Below are positions 11,601 through 25,256 of a stretch of 64,000 nucleotides of DNA, piece by piece. The stretch is from Azolla caroliniana. Lineage: Eukaryota > Plantae > Polypodiophyta. Each line of letters opens with the position of its first letter. The first letter of the stretch is position 1. The notes beneath the pieces were generated by a model. The model made no database searches and was not told the origin of the DNA. It worked only from the letters and a program-made list of their open reading frames with translations. The DNA lies in assembly GCA_043228905.1 (NCBI GenBank), contig JBHGNT010000025.1:372001-436000 (forward strand). The letters run 5' to 3'. A program made the position numbers and the translations under genes.

Positions 11601-14600
11601 GGGAGTTGAGAGGAGCCCTTGAGTACATTAAAATGTTCATACCTGGCACGTGTGATATCGGATTTTTGTGTTCAAACATGCGAATCGAAGCTAACAATGC
11701 TAGCTATTATATGGAACTAAAAAATCAAGATTTTGAAACTCAGGTCGAGAGATATGAAGAAATTAGCAATCTTGAGGAGGGAGTTGAGAGGAGCCCTTGA
11801 GTACATTAAAATGTTCATACCTGGCGCGTGTGATATCGGATTTTTGTGTTCAAACATGCGAATCGAAGCTAACAACACTAGCTATTCTATGGAACTAAAA
11901 AATCAAGATTTTGAAACTCAGGTCGAGAGATATGAAGAAATTAGCAATCTTGAGGAGGGAGTTGAGAGGAGCCCTTGAGTATATTAAAATGTTTATACCT
12001 GGCTCGTGTGATATCGGATTTTTGTGTTCAAACATGCGAATCGAAGCTAACAACGCTAGCTATGACATGGTATTAAAAAATCAAGAGTTTGAAACTCAGG
12101 TGGAGAGACATGACGAAATTACCTAATTTGAGGAGTGAGTTGAGAGGAGCCCTTGAGTACATTAAAATGTTCATACCTGGCTCGTGTGATATCGGATTTT
12201 TGTGTTCAAACATGCGAATCGAAGCTAACAATGCTAGCTATTCTATGGAACTAAAAAATCAAGATTTTGAAACTCAGGTCGAGAGATATGAAGAAATTAG
12301 CAATCTTGAGGAGGGAGTTGAGAGGAGCCCTTGAGTACATTAAAATGTTCATACCTGGCGCGTGTGATATCGGATTTTTGTGTTCAAACATGCGAATCGA
12401 AGCTAACAATGCTAGCTATTATATGGAACTAAAAAATCAAGATTTTGAAACTCAGGTCGAGAGATATGAAGAAATTAGCAATCTTGAGGAGGGAGTTGAG
12501 AGGAGCCCTTGAGTATATTAAAATGTTTATACCTGGCTCGTGTGATATCGGATTTTTGTGTTCAAACATGCGAATCGAAGCTAACAACGCTAGCTATGAC
12601 ATGGTATTAAAAAATCAAGAGTTTGAAACTCAGGTGGAGAGACATGACGAAATTACCTAATTTGAGGAGTGAGTTGAGAGGAGCCCTTGAGTACATTAAA
12701 ATGTTCATACCTGGCTCGTGTGATATCGGATTTTTGTGTTCAAACATGCGAATCGAAGCTAACAATGCTAGCTATTCTATGGAACTAAAAAATCAAGATT
12801 TTGAAACTCAGGTCGAGAGATATGAAGAAATTAGCAATCTTGAGGAGGGAGTTGAGAGGAGCCCTTGAGTACATTAAAATGTTCATACCTGGCGCGTGTG
12901 ATATCGGATTTTTGTGTTCAAACATGCGAATCGAAGCTAACAATGCTAGCTATTCTATGGAACTAAAAAATCAAGATTTTGAAACTCAGGTCGACAGATA
13001 TGAAGAAATTAGCAATCTTGAGGAGGGAGTTGAGAGGAGCCCTTGAGTACATTAAAATGTTCATACCTGGCGCGTGTGATATCGGATTTTTGTGTTCAAA
13101 CATGCGAATCGAAGCTCACAACGCTAGCTATGATATGGTATTAAAAAATCATGATTTTGAAATTGAGGTCGAGAGACATGAAGAAATTAGCAATCATGAG
13201 GAGGAAGTTGAAAGGAGCCCTTGAGTAAATTAAAATGTTCATACCTGGCGCGTGTGATATCGGATTTTTGTGTTCAAACATGCGAATCGAAGCTCACAAC
13301 GCTAGCTATGATATGGTATTAAAAAATCATGATTTTGAAATTGAGGTTGAGAGACATGAAGAAATTAGCAATCATGAGGAGGAAGTTGAAAGGAGCCCTT
13401 GAGTAAATTAAAATGTTCATACCTGGCGCGTGTGATATCGGATTTTTGTGTTCAAACATGTGAATCCTAGCTAACAACGCTAGCTATGACATGGTATTAA
13501 GAAATCAAGATTTTGAAACTCAGGTCGAGAGATATTACGAAATTACCTACTTTGAGGAGGGAGTTGAGACGACCTAGTAGGTAAATTAAAATGTTCATAC
13601 CTGGCTCGTGTGATATCGGATTTTTGTGTTCAAACATGCGAATCAAAGCTAACAACGCTAGCTATGATATGGAACTAAAAAATCAAGATTTTGAAACTCA
13701 GGTCGAGAGATATGAAGAAATTAGCAATCTTGAAGAGGGAGTTGAGAGGAGCCCTTGAGTACATTAAAATTTTCATACCTGGCTCGTGTGATATCGGATT
13801 TTTGTGTTGAAACATGCGAATCGAAGCTAACAATGCTAGCTATGACATGGTATTAAAAAATCAAGATTTTCAAAGTCAGGTCGAGAGACATGACGAAATT
13901 ACCTAATTTGAGGAGTGAGTTGAGAGGAGCCCTTGAGTACATTAAAATGTTCATACCTGGCTCGTGTGATATCGGATTTTTGTGTTCAAACATGCGAATC
14001 AAGCTAACAACGCTAGCTATTATATGGAACTAAAAAATCAAGATTTTGAAACTCAGGTCGAGAGATATGAAGAAATTAGCAATCTTGAGGAGGGAGTTGA
14101 GAGGAGCACTTGAGTATATTAAAATGTTTATACCTGGCTCGTGTGATATCGGATTTTTGTGTTCAAACATGCGAATCGAAGCTAACAACGCTAGCTATGA
14201 CATGTTATTAAAAAATCAAGATTTTGAAACTCAGGTAGAGAGACATGACGAAATTACCTAATTTGAGGAGTGAGTTGAGAGGAGCCCATGAGTACATTAC
14301 AATGTTCATACCTGGCGCGTGTGATATCGGATTTTTGTGTTCAAACATGCGAATCGAAGCTAACAATGCTAGCTATTATATGGAACTAAAAAATCATGAT
14401 TTTGAAATTCAGGTCAAGAGATATGAAGAAATTAGCAATGTTGAGGAGGGAGTTGAGAGGAGCCCTTGAGTACATTAAAATGTTCATACCTGGCGCGTGT
14501 GATATCTGATTTTTGTGTTCAAATATGCGAATCGAAGCTAACAATGCTAGCTATGACATGGTATTAAAAAATCAAGAGTTTGAAACTCAGGTGGAGAGAC

Positions 14601-16867
14601 ATGACGAAATTACCTAATTTGAGGAGTGAGTTGAGAGGAGCCCTTGAGTACATTAAAATGTTCATACCTGGCGCGTGTGATATCGGATTTTTGTGTTCAA
14701 ACATGCGAATCGAAGCTAACAATGCTAGCTATTATATGGAACTAAAAAATCAAGATTTTGAAACTCAGGTCGACAGATATGAAGAAATTAGCAATCTTGA
14801 GGAGGGAGTTGAGAGGAGCCCTTGAGTACATTAAAATGTTCATACCTGGCGCGTGTGATATCGGATTTTTGTGTTCAAACATGCGAATCGAAGCTCACAA
14901 CGCTAGCTATGATATGGTATTAAAAAATCATGATTTTGAAATTGAGGTCGAGAGACATGAAGAAATTAGCAATCATGAGGAGGAAGTTGAAAGGAGCCCT
15001 TGAGTAAATTAAAATGTTCATACCTGGCGCGTGTGATATCGGATTTTTGTGTTCAAACATGCGAATCGAAGCTCACAACGCTAGCTATGATATGGTATTA
15101 AAAAATCATGATTTTGAAATTGAGGTCGAGAGACATGAAGAAATTAGCAATCATGAGGAGGAAGTTGAAAGGAGCCCTTGAGTAAATTAAAATGTTCATA
15201 CCTGGCGCGTGTGATATCGGATTTTTGTGTTCAAACATGTGAATCGAAGCTAACAATGCTAGCTATGACATGGTATTAAAAAATCAAGATTTTCAAAGTC
15301 AGGTCGAGAGACATGACGAAATTACCTAATTTGAGGAGTGAGTTGAGAGGAGCCCTTGAGTACATTAAAATGTTCATACCTGGCTCGTGTGATATCGGAT
15401 TTTTGTGTTCAAACATGCGAATCAAGCTAACAACGCTAGCTATTATATGGAACTAAAAAATCAAGATTTTGAAACTCAGGTCGAGAGATATGAAGAAATT
15501 AGCAATCTTGAGGAGGGAGTTGAGAGGAGCACTTGAGTATATTAAAATGTTCATACCTGGCTCGTGTGATATCGGATTTTTGTGTTCAAACATGCGAATC
15601 GAAGCTAACAACGCTAGCTATGACATGTTATTAAAAAATCAAGATTTTGAAACTCAGGTAGAGAGACATGACGAAATTACCTAATTTGAGGAGTGAGTTG
15701 AGAGGAGCCCATGAGTACATTACAATGTTCATACCTGGCGCGTGTGATATCGGATTTTTGTGTTCAAACATGCGAATCAAAGCTAACAACGCTAGCTATG
15801 ATATGGAACTAAAAAATCAAGATTTTGAAACTCAGGTCGAGAGATATGAAGAAATTAGCAATCTTGAGGAGGGAGTTGAGAGGAGCCCTTGAGTACATTA
15901 TTATGTTCATACCTGGCTCGTGTGATATCGGATTTTTGTGTTCAAACATGCGAATCGAAGCTAACAACGCTAGCTATGACATGGTATTAAAAAATCAAGA
16001 GTTTGAAACTCAGGTGGAGAGACATGACGAAATTACCTAATTTGAGGAGTGAGTTGAGAGGAGCCCTTGAGTACATTAAAATGTTCATACCTGGCGCGTG
16101 TGATATCGGATTTTTGTGTTCAAACATGCGAATCGAAGCTAACAACACTAGCTATTCTATGGAACTAAAAAATCAAGATTTTGAAACTCAGGTCGAGAGA
16201 TATGAAGAAATTAGCAATCTTGAGGAGGGAGTTGAGAGGAGCCCTTGAGTATATTAAAATGTTTATACCTGGCTCGTGTGATATCGGATTTTTGTGTTCA
16301 AACATGCGAATCGAAGCTAACAACGCTAGCTATGACATGGTATTAAAAAATCAAGAGTTTGAAACTCAGGTGGAGAGACATGAAGAAATTAGCAATCTTG
16401 AGGAGGGAGTTGAGAGGAGCCCTTGAGTACATTAAAATGTTCATACCTGGCTCGTGTGATATCGGATTTTTGTGTTCAAACATGCGAATCGAAGCTAACA
16501 ATGCTAGCTATTCTATGGAACTAAAAAATCAAGATTTTGAAACTCAGGTCGAGAGATATGAAGAAATTAGCAATCTTGAGGAGGGAGTTGAGAGGAGCCC
16601 TTCAGTACATTAAAATGTTCATACCTGGCGCGTGTGATATCGGATTTTTGTGTTCAAACATGCGAATCGAAGCTAACAATGCTAGCTATTCTATGGAACT
16701 AAAAAATCAAGATTTTGAAACTCAGGTCGAGAGATATGAAGAAATTAGCAATCTTGAGGAGGGAGTTGAGAGGAGCCCTTCAGTACATTAAAATGTTCAT
16801 ACCTGGCGCGTGTGATATCGGATTTTTGTGTTCAAACATGCGAATCGAAGCTAACAATGCTAGCTAT
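4060..16867. repeat. About 6.05-kb near-identical duplication, offset 6762 bp (38 monomers minus 2 bp): about 4060-10105 matches about 10822-16867
   Basis: ORF starts 4259/11021, 7483/14245, 8906/15668, 9953/16715. I saw only two internal differences (gtcgac vs gtcgag near 6055/12817; aacgc vs aatgc near 7783/14545). Confidence 0.92.
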
Positions 16868-19800
16868 TATATGGAACTAAAAAATCAAGATTTTGAAACT
16901 CAGGTCGAGAGATATGAAGAAATTAGCAATCTTGAGGAGGGAGTTGAGAGGAGCCCTTGAGTACATTAAAATGTTCATACCTGGCGCGTGTGATATCGGA
17001 TTTTTGTGTTCAAACATGCGAATCGAAGCTAACAACACTTGCTATTCTATGGAACTAAAAAATCAAGATTTTGAAACTCAGGTCGAGAGATATGAAGAAA
17101 TTAGCAATCTTGAGGAGGGAGTTGAGAGGAGCCCTTGAGTATATTAAAATGTTTATACCTGGCTCGTGTGATATCGGATTTTTGTGTTCAAACATGCGAA
17201 TCGAAGCTAACAACGCTAGCTATGACATGGTATTAAAAAATCAAGAGTTTGAAACTCAGGTGGAGAGACATGACGAAATTACCTAATTTGAGGAGTGAGT
17301 TGAGAGGAGCCCTTGAGTACATTAAAATGTTCATACCTGGCTCGTGTGATATCGGATTTTTGTGTTCAAACATGCGAATCGAAGCTAACAATGCTAGCTA
17401 TTATATGGAACTAAAAAATCAAGATTTTGAAACTCAGGTCGAGAGATATGAAGAAATTAGCAATCTTGAGGAGGGAGTTGAGAGGAGCCCTTCAGTACAT
17501 TAAAATGTTCATACCTGGCGCGTGTGATATCGGATTTTTGTGTTCAAACATGCGAATCGAAGCTAACAATGCTAGCTATTCTATGGAACTAAAAAATCAA
17601 GATTTTGAAACTCAGGTCGAGAGATATGAAGAAATTAGCAATCTTGAGGAGGGAGTTGAGAGGAGCCCTTGAGTACATTAAAATGTTCATACCTGGCGCG
17701 TGTGATATCGGATTTTTGTGTTCAAACATGCGAATCGAAGCTAACAATGCTAGCTATTATATGGAACTAAAAAATCAAGATTTTGAAACTCAGGTCGAGA
17801 GATATGAAGAAATTAGCAATCTTGAGGAGGGAGTTGAGAGGAGCCCTTGAGTACATTAAAATGTTCATACCTGGCGCGTGTGATATCGGATTTTTGTGTT
17901 CAAACATGCGAATCGAAGCTAACAACACTTGCTATTCTATGGAACTAAAAAATCAAGATTTTGAAATTCAGGTCGAGAGATATGAAGAAATTAGCAATCT
18001 TGAGGAGGGAGTTGAGAGGAGCCCTTGAGTAAATTAAAATGTTCATACGTGGCTCGTGTGATATCGGATTTTTGTGTTCAAACATGCGAATCGAAGCTCA
18101 CAACGCTAGCTATGATATGGTATTAAAAAATCATGATTTTGAAATTGAGGTCGAGAGACATGAAGAAATTAGCAATCTTGAGGAGGAAGTTGAAAGGAGC
18201 CCTTGAGTACATTAAAATGTTCATACCTGGCGCGTGTGATATCGGATTTTTGTGTTCAAACATGCGAATCGAAGCTAACAACGCTAGCTATGACATGGTA
18301 TTAAAAATTCTAGATTTTGAAACTCAGGTCGAGAGATATGAAGAAATTAGCAATCTTGAGGAGGGAGTTGAGAGGAGCCCTTGAGTACATTAAAATGTTC
18401 ATACCTGGCACGTGTGATATCGGATTTTTGTGTTCAAACATGCGAATCGAAGCTAACAATGCTAGCTATTATATGGAACTAAAAAATCAAGATTTTGAAA
18501 CTCAGGTCGAGAGATATGAAGAAATTAGCAATCTTGAGGAGGGAGTTGAGAGGAGCCCTTGAGTACATTAAAATGTTCATACCTGGCGCGTGTGATATCG
18601 GATTTTTGTGTTCAAACATGCGAATCGAAGCTAACAATGCTAGCTATTATATGGAACTAAAAAATCAAGATTTTGAAACTCAGGTCGAGAGATATGAAGA
18701 AATTAGCAATCTTGAGGAGGGAGTTGAGAGGAGCCCTTGAGTACATTAAAATGTTCATACCTGGCACGTGTGATATCGGATTTTTGTGTTCAAACATGCG
18801 AATCGAAGCTAACAACGCTAGCTATGATATGGTATTAAAAAATCATGATTTTGAAATTGAGGTCGAGAGACATGAAGAAATTAGCAATCTTGAGGAGGGA
18901 GTTGAGAGGAGCCCTTGAGTACATTAAAATGTTCATACCTGGCGCGTGTGATATCGGATTTTTGTGTTCAAACATGCGAATCGAAGCTCACAACGCTAGC
19001 TATGATATGGTATTAAAAAATCATGATTTTGAAATTGAGGTCGAGAGACATGAAGAAATTAGCAATCTTGAGGAGGGAGTTGAGAGGAGCCCTTGAGTAC
19101 ATTAAAATGTTCATACCTGGCGCGTGTGATATCGGATTTTTGTGTTGAAACATGCGAATCGAAGCTAACAACACTAGCTATGACATGGTATTAAAAAATC
19201 AAGATTTTGAAACTCAGGTCGAGAGACATGACGAAATTACCTAATTTGAGGAGTGAGTTGAGACGACCTAGTAGGTAAATTAAAATGTTCATACCTGGCT
19301 CGTGTGATATCGGATTTTTGTGTTGAAACATGCGAATCAAGCTAACAACGCTAGCTATGACATGGTATTAAAAAATCAAGATTTTGAAACTCAGGTCGAG
19401 AGACATGACGAAATTACCTAATTTGAGGAGTGAGTTGAGACGACCTAGTAGGTAAATTAAAATGTTCATACCTGGCTCGTGTGATATCGGATTTTTGTGT
19501 TCAAACATGCGAATCAAGCTAACAACGCTAGCTATTATATGGAACTAAAAAATCAATATTTTGAAACTCAGGTCGAGAGATATGAAGAAATTAGCAATCT
19601 TGAGGAGGGAGTTGAGAGGAGCCCTTGAGTATATTAAAATGTTTATACCTGGCTCGTGTGATATCGGATTTTTGTGTTCAAACATGCAAATCGAAGCTAA
19701 CAACGCTAGCTATGACATGGTATTAAAAAATCAAGAGTTTGAAACTCAGGTGGAGAGACATGACGAAATTACCTAATTTGAGGAGTGAGTTGAGAGGAGC

Positions 19801-19916
19801 CCTTGAGTACATTAAAATGTTCATACCTGGCTCGTGTGATATCGGATTTTTGTGTTCAAACATGCGAATCGAAGCTAACAATGCTAGCTATTATATGGAA
19901 CTAAAAAATCAAGATT

Positions 19917-22900
19917 TTGAAACTCAGGTCGAGAGATATAAAGAAATTAGCAATCTTGAGGAGGGAGTTGAGAGGAGCCCTTGAGTACATTAAAATGTTC
20001 ATACCTGGCGCGTGTGATATCGGATTTTTGTGTTCAAACATGCGAATCGAAGCTAACAACACTTGCTATTCTATGGAACTAAAAAATCAAGATTTTGAAA
20101 TTCAGGTCGAGAGATATGAAGAAATTAGCAATCTTGAGGAGGGAGTTGAGAGGAGCCCTTGAGTAAATTAAAATGTTCATACGTGGCTCGTGTGATATCG
20201 GATTTTTGTGTTCAAACATGCGAATCGAAGCTCACAACGCTAGCTATGATATGGTATTAAAAAATCATGATTTTGAAATTGAGGTCGAGAGACATGAAGA
20301 AATTAGCAATCTTGAGGAGGAAGTTGAAAGGAGCCCTTGAGTACATTAAAATGTTCATACCTGGCGCGTGTGATATCGGATTTTTGTGTTCAAACATGCG
20401 AATCGAAGCTAACAACGCTAGCTATGACATGGTATTAAAAATTCTAGATTTTGAAACTCAGGTCGAGAGATATGAAGAAATTAGCAATCTTGAGGAGGGA
20501 GTTGAGAGGAGCCCTTGAGTACATTAAAATGTTCATACCTGGCACGTGTGATATCGGATTTTTGTGTTCAAACATGCGAATCGAAGCTAACAATGCTAGC
20601 TATTATATGGAACTAAAAAATCAAGATTTTGAAACTCAGGTCGAGAGATATGAAGAAATTAGCAATCTTGAGGAGGGAGTTGAGAGGAGCCCTTCAGTAC
20701 ATTAAAATGTTCATACCTGGCGCGTGTGATATCGGATTTTTGTGTTCAAACATGCGAATCGAAGCTAACAATGCTAGCTATTATATGGAACTAAAAAATC
20801 AAGATTTTGAAACTCAGGTCGAGAGATATGAAGAAATTAGCAATCTTGAGGAGGGAGTTGAGAGGAGCCCTTGAGTACATTAAAATGTTCATACCTTGCG
20901 CGTGTGATATCGGATTTTTGTGTTCAAACATGCGAATCGAAGCTAACAACGCTAGCTATGATATGGTATTAAAAAATCATGATTTTGAAATTGAGGTCGA
21001 GAGACATGAAGAAATTAGCAATCTTGAGGAGGGAGTTGAGAGGAGCCCTTGAGTACATTAAAATGTTCATACCTGGCGCGTGTGATATCGGATTTTTGTG
21101 TTCAAACATGCGAATCGAAGCTAACAATGCTAGCTATTCTATGGAACTAAAAAATCAAGATTTTGAAACTCAGGTCGAGAGATATGAAGAAATTAGCAAT
21201 CTTGAGGAGGGAGTTGAGAGGAGCCCTTCAGTACATTAAAATGTTCATACCTGGCGCGTGTGATATCGGATTTTTGTGTTCAAACATGCGAATCGAAGCT
21301 AACAATGCTAGCTATTGTATGGAACTAAAAAATCAAGATTTTGAAACTCAGGTCGAGAGATATGAAGAAATTAGCAATCTTGAGGAGGGAGTTGAGAGGA
21401 GCCCTTGAGTACATTAAAATGTTCATACCTGGCGCGTGTGATATCGGATTTTTGTGTTCAAACATGCGAATCGAAGCTAACAACACTTGCTATTCTATGG
21501 AACTAAAAAATCAAGATTTTGAAATTCAGGTCGAGAGATATGAAGAAATTAGCAATCTTGAGGAGGGAGTTGAGAGGAGCCCTTGAGTAAATTAAAATGT
21601 TCATACGTGGCTCGTGTGATATCGGATTTTTGTGTTCAAACATGCGAATCGAAGCTCACAACGCTAGCTATGATATGGTATTAAAAAATCATGATTTTGA
21701 AATTGAGGTCGAGAGACATGAAGAAATTAGCAATCTTGAGGAGGAAGTTGAAAGGAGCCCTTGAGTACATTAAAATGTTCATACCTGGCGCGTGTGATAT
21801 CGGATTTTTGTGTTCAAACATGCGAATCGAAGCTAACAACGCTAGCTATGACATGGTATTAAAAATTCTAGATTTTGAAACTCAGGTCGAGAGATATGAA
21901 GAAATTAGCAATCTTGAGGAGGGAGTTGAGAGGAGCCCTTGAGTACATTAAAATGTTCATACCTGGCACGTGTGATATCGGATTTTTGTGTTCAAACATG
22001 CGAATCGAAGCTAACAATGCTAGCTATTATATGGAACTAAAAAATCAAGATTTTGAAACTCAGGTCGAGAGATATGAAGAAATTAGCAATCTTGAGGAGG
22101 GAGTTGAGAGGAGCCCTTCAGTACATTAAAATGTTCATACCTGGCGCGTGTGATATCGGATTTTTGTGTTCAAACATGCGAATCGAAGCTAACAATGCTA
22201 GCTATTATATGGAACTAAAAAATCAAGATTTTGAAACTCAGGTCGAGAGATATGAAGAAATTAGCAATCTTGAGGAGGGAGTTGAGAGGAGCCCTTGAGT
22301 ACATTAAAATGTTCATACCTTGCGCGTGTGATATCGGATTTTTGTGTTCAAACATGCGAATCGAAGCTAACAACGCTAGCTATGATATGGTATTAAAAAA
22401 TCATGATTTTGAAATTGAGGTCGAGAGACATGAAGAAATTAGCAATCTTGAGGAGGGAGTTGAGAGGAGCCCTTGAGTACATTAAAATGTTCATACCTGG
22501 CGCGTGTGATATCGGATTTTTGTGTTCAAACATGCGAATCGAAGCTAACAATGCTAGCTATTCTATGGAACTAAAAAATCAAGATTTTGAAACTCAGGTC
22601 GAGAGATATGAAGAAATTAGCAATCTTGAGGAGGGAGTTGAGAGGAGCCCTTGAGTACATTAAAATGTTCATACCTGGCGCGTGTGATATCGGATTTTTG
22701 TGTTCAAACATGCGAATCGAAGCTAACAATGCTAGCTATTATATGGAACTAAAAAATCAAGATTTTGAAACTCAGGTCGAGAGATATGAAGAAATTAGCA
22801 ATCTTGAGGAGGGAGTTGAGAGGAGCCCTTGAGTACATTAAAATGTTCATACCTGGCGCGTGTGATATCGGATTTTTGTGTTCAAACATGCGAATCGAAG

Positions 22901-24188
22901 CTAACAACACTTGCTATTCTATGGAACTAAAAAATCAAGATTTTGAAATTCAGGTCGAGAGATATGAAGAAATTAGCAATCTTGAGGAGGGAGTTGAGAG
23001 GAGCCCTTGAGTAAATTAAAATGTTCATACGTGGCTCGTGTGATATCGGATTTTTGTGTTCAAACATGCGAATCGAAGCTCACAACGCTAGCTATGATAT
23101 GGTATTAAAAAATCATGATTTTGAAATTGAGGTCGAGAGACATGAAGAAATTAGCAATCTTGAGGAGGAAGTTGAAAGGAGCCCTTGAGTACATTAAAAT
23201 GTTCATACCTGGCGCGTGTGATATCGGATTTTTGTGTTCAAACATGCGAATCGAAGCTAACAACGCTAGCTATGACATGGTATTAAAAATTCTAGATTTT
23301 GAAACTCAGGTCGAGAGATATGAAGAAATTAGCAATCTTGAGGAGGGAGTTGAGAGGAGCCCTTGAGTACATTAAAATGTTCATACCTGGCACGTGTGAT
23401 ATCGGATTTTTGTGTTCAAACATGCGAATCGAAGCTAACAATGCTAGCTATTATATGGAACTAAAAAATCAAGATTTTGAAACTCAGGTCGAGAGATATG
23501 AAGAAATTAGCAATCTTGAGGAGGGAGTTGAGAGGAGCCCTTCAGTACATTAAAATGTTCATACCTGGCGCGTGTGATATCGGATTTTTGTGTTCAAACA
23601 TGCGAATCGAAGCTAACAATGCTAGCTATTATATGGAACTAAAAAATCAAGATTTTGAAACTCAGGTCGAGAGATATGAAGAAATTAGCAATCTTGAGGA
23701 GGGAGTTGAGAGGAGCCCTTGAGTACATTAAAATGTTCATACCTTGCGCGTGTGATATCGGATTTTTGTGTTCAAACATGCGAATCGAAGATAACAACGC
23801 TAGCTATGATATGGTATTAAAAAATCATGATTTTGAAATTGAGGTCGAGAGACATGAAGAAATTAGCAATCTTGAGGAGGGAGTTGAGAGGAGCCCTTGA
23901 GTACATTAAAATGTTCATACCTGGCGCGTGTGATATCGGATTTTTGTGTTCAAACATGCGAATCGAAGCTAACAATGCTAGCTATTCTATGGAACTAAAA
24001 AATCAAGATTTTGAAACTCAGGTCGAGAGATATGAAGAAATTAGCAATCTTGAGGAGGGAGTTGAGAGGAGCCCTTCAGTACATTAAAATGTTCATACCT
24101 GGCGCGTGTGATATCGGATTTTTGTGTTCAAACATGCGAATCGAAGCTAACAATGCTAGCTATTATATGGAACTAAAAAATCAAGATT
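19917..24188. repeat. 8-monomer higher-order repeat (1424 bp), three tandem copies
   Basis: Markers cacttgcta, atacgtggc, attctagatt (XbaI at 20443, 21867, 23291) and ataccttgcg recur every 1424 bp. ORF starts 20267/21691/23115 and 20807/22231/23655. Confidence 0.93.
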
Positions 24189-25256
24189 TTGAAACTCAGG
24201 TCGAGAGATATGAAGAAATTAGCAATCTTGAGGAGGGAGTTGAGAGGAGCCCTTGAGTACATTAAAATGTTCATACCTGGCGCGTGTGATATCGGATTTT
24301 TGTGTTCAAACATGCGAATCGAAGCTAACAACGCTAGCTATGATATGGTATTAAAAAATCATGATTTTGAAATTGAGGTCGAGAGACATGAAGAAATTAG
24401 CAATCTTGAGGAGGGAGTTGAGAGGAGCCCTTGAGTACATTAAAATGTTCATACCTGGCGCGTGTGATATCGGATTTTTGTGTTCAAACATGCGAATCGA
24501 AGCTAACAATGCTAGCTATTCTATGGAACTAAAAAATCAAGATTTTGAAACTCAGGTCGAGAGATATGAAGAAATTAGCAATCTTGAGGAGGGAGTTGAG
24601 AGGAGCCCTTCAGTACATTAAAATGTTCATACCTGGCGCGTGTGATATCGGATTTTTGTGTTCAAACATGCGAATCGAAGCTAACAATGCTAGCTATTAT
24701 ATGGAACTAAAAAATCAAGATTTTGAAACTCAGGTCGAGAGATATGAAGAAATTAGCAATCTTGAGGAGGGAGTTGAGAGGAGCCCTTGAGTACATTAAA
24801 ATGTTCATACCTGGCGCGTGTGATATCGGATTTTTGTGTTCAAACATGCGAATCGAAGCTAACAACACTTGCTATTCTATAGAACTAAAAAATCAAGATT
24901 TTGAAATTCAGGTCGAGAGATATGAAGAAATTAGCAATCTTGAGGAGGGAGTTGAGAGGAGCCCTTGAGTAAATTAAAATGTTCATACGTGGCTCGTGTG
25001 ATATCGGATTTTTGTGTTCAAACATGCGAATCGAAGCTCACAACGCTAGCTATGATATGGTATTAAAAAATCATGATTTTGAAATTGAGGTCGAGAGACA
25101 TGAAGAAATTAGCAATCTTGAGGAGGAAGTTGAAAGGAGCCCTTGAGTACATTAAAATGTTCATACCTGGCGCGTGTGATATCGGATTTTTGTGTTCAAA
25201 CATGCGAATCGAAGCTAACAACGCTAGCTATGACATGGTATTAAAAATTCTAGATT

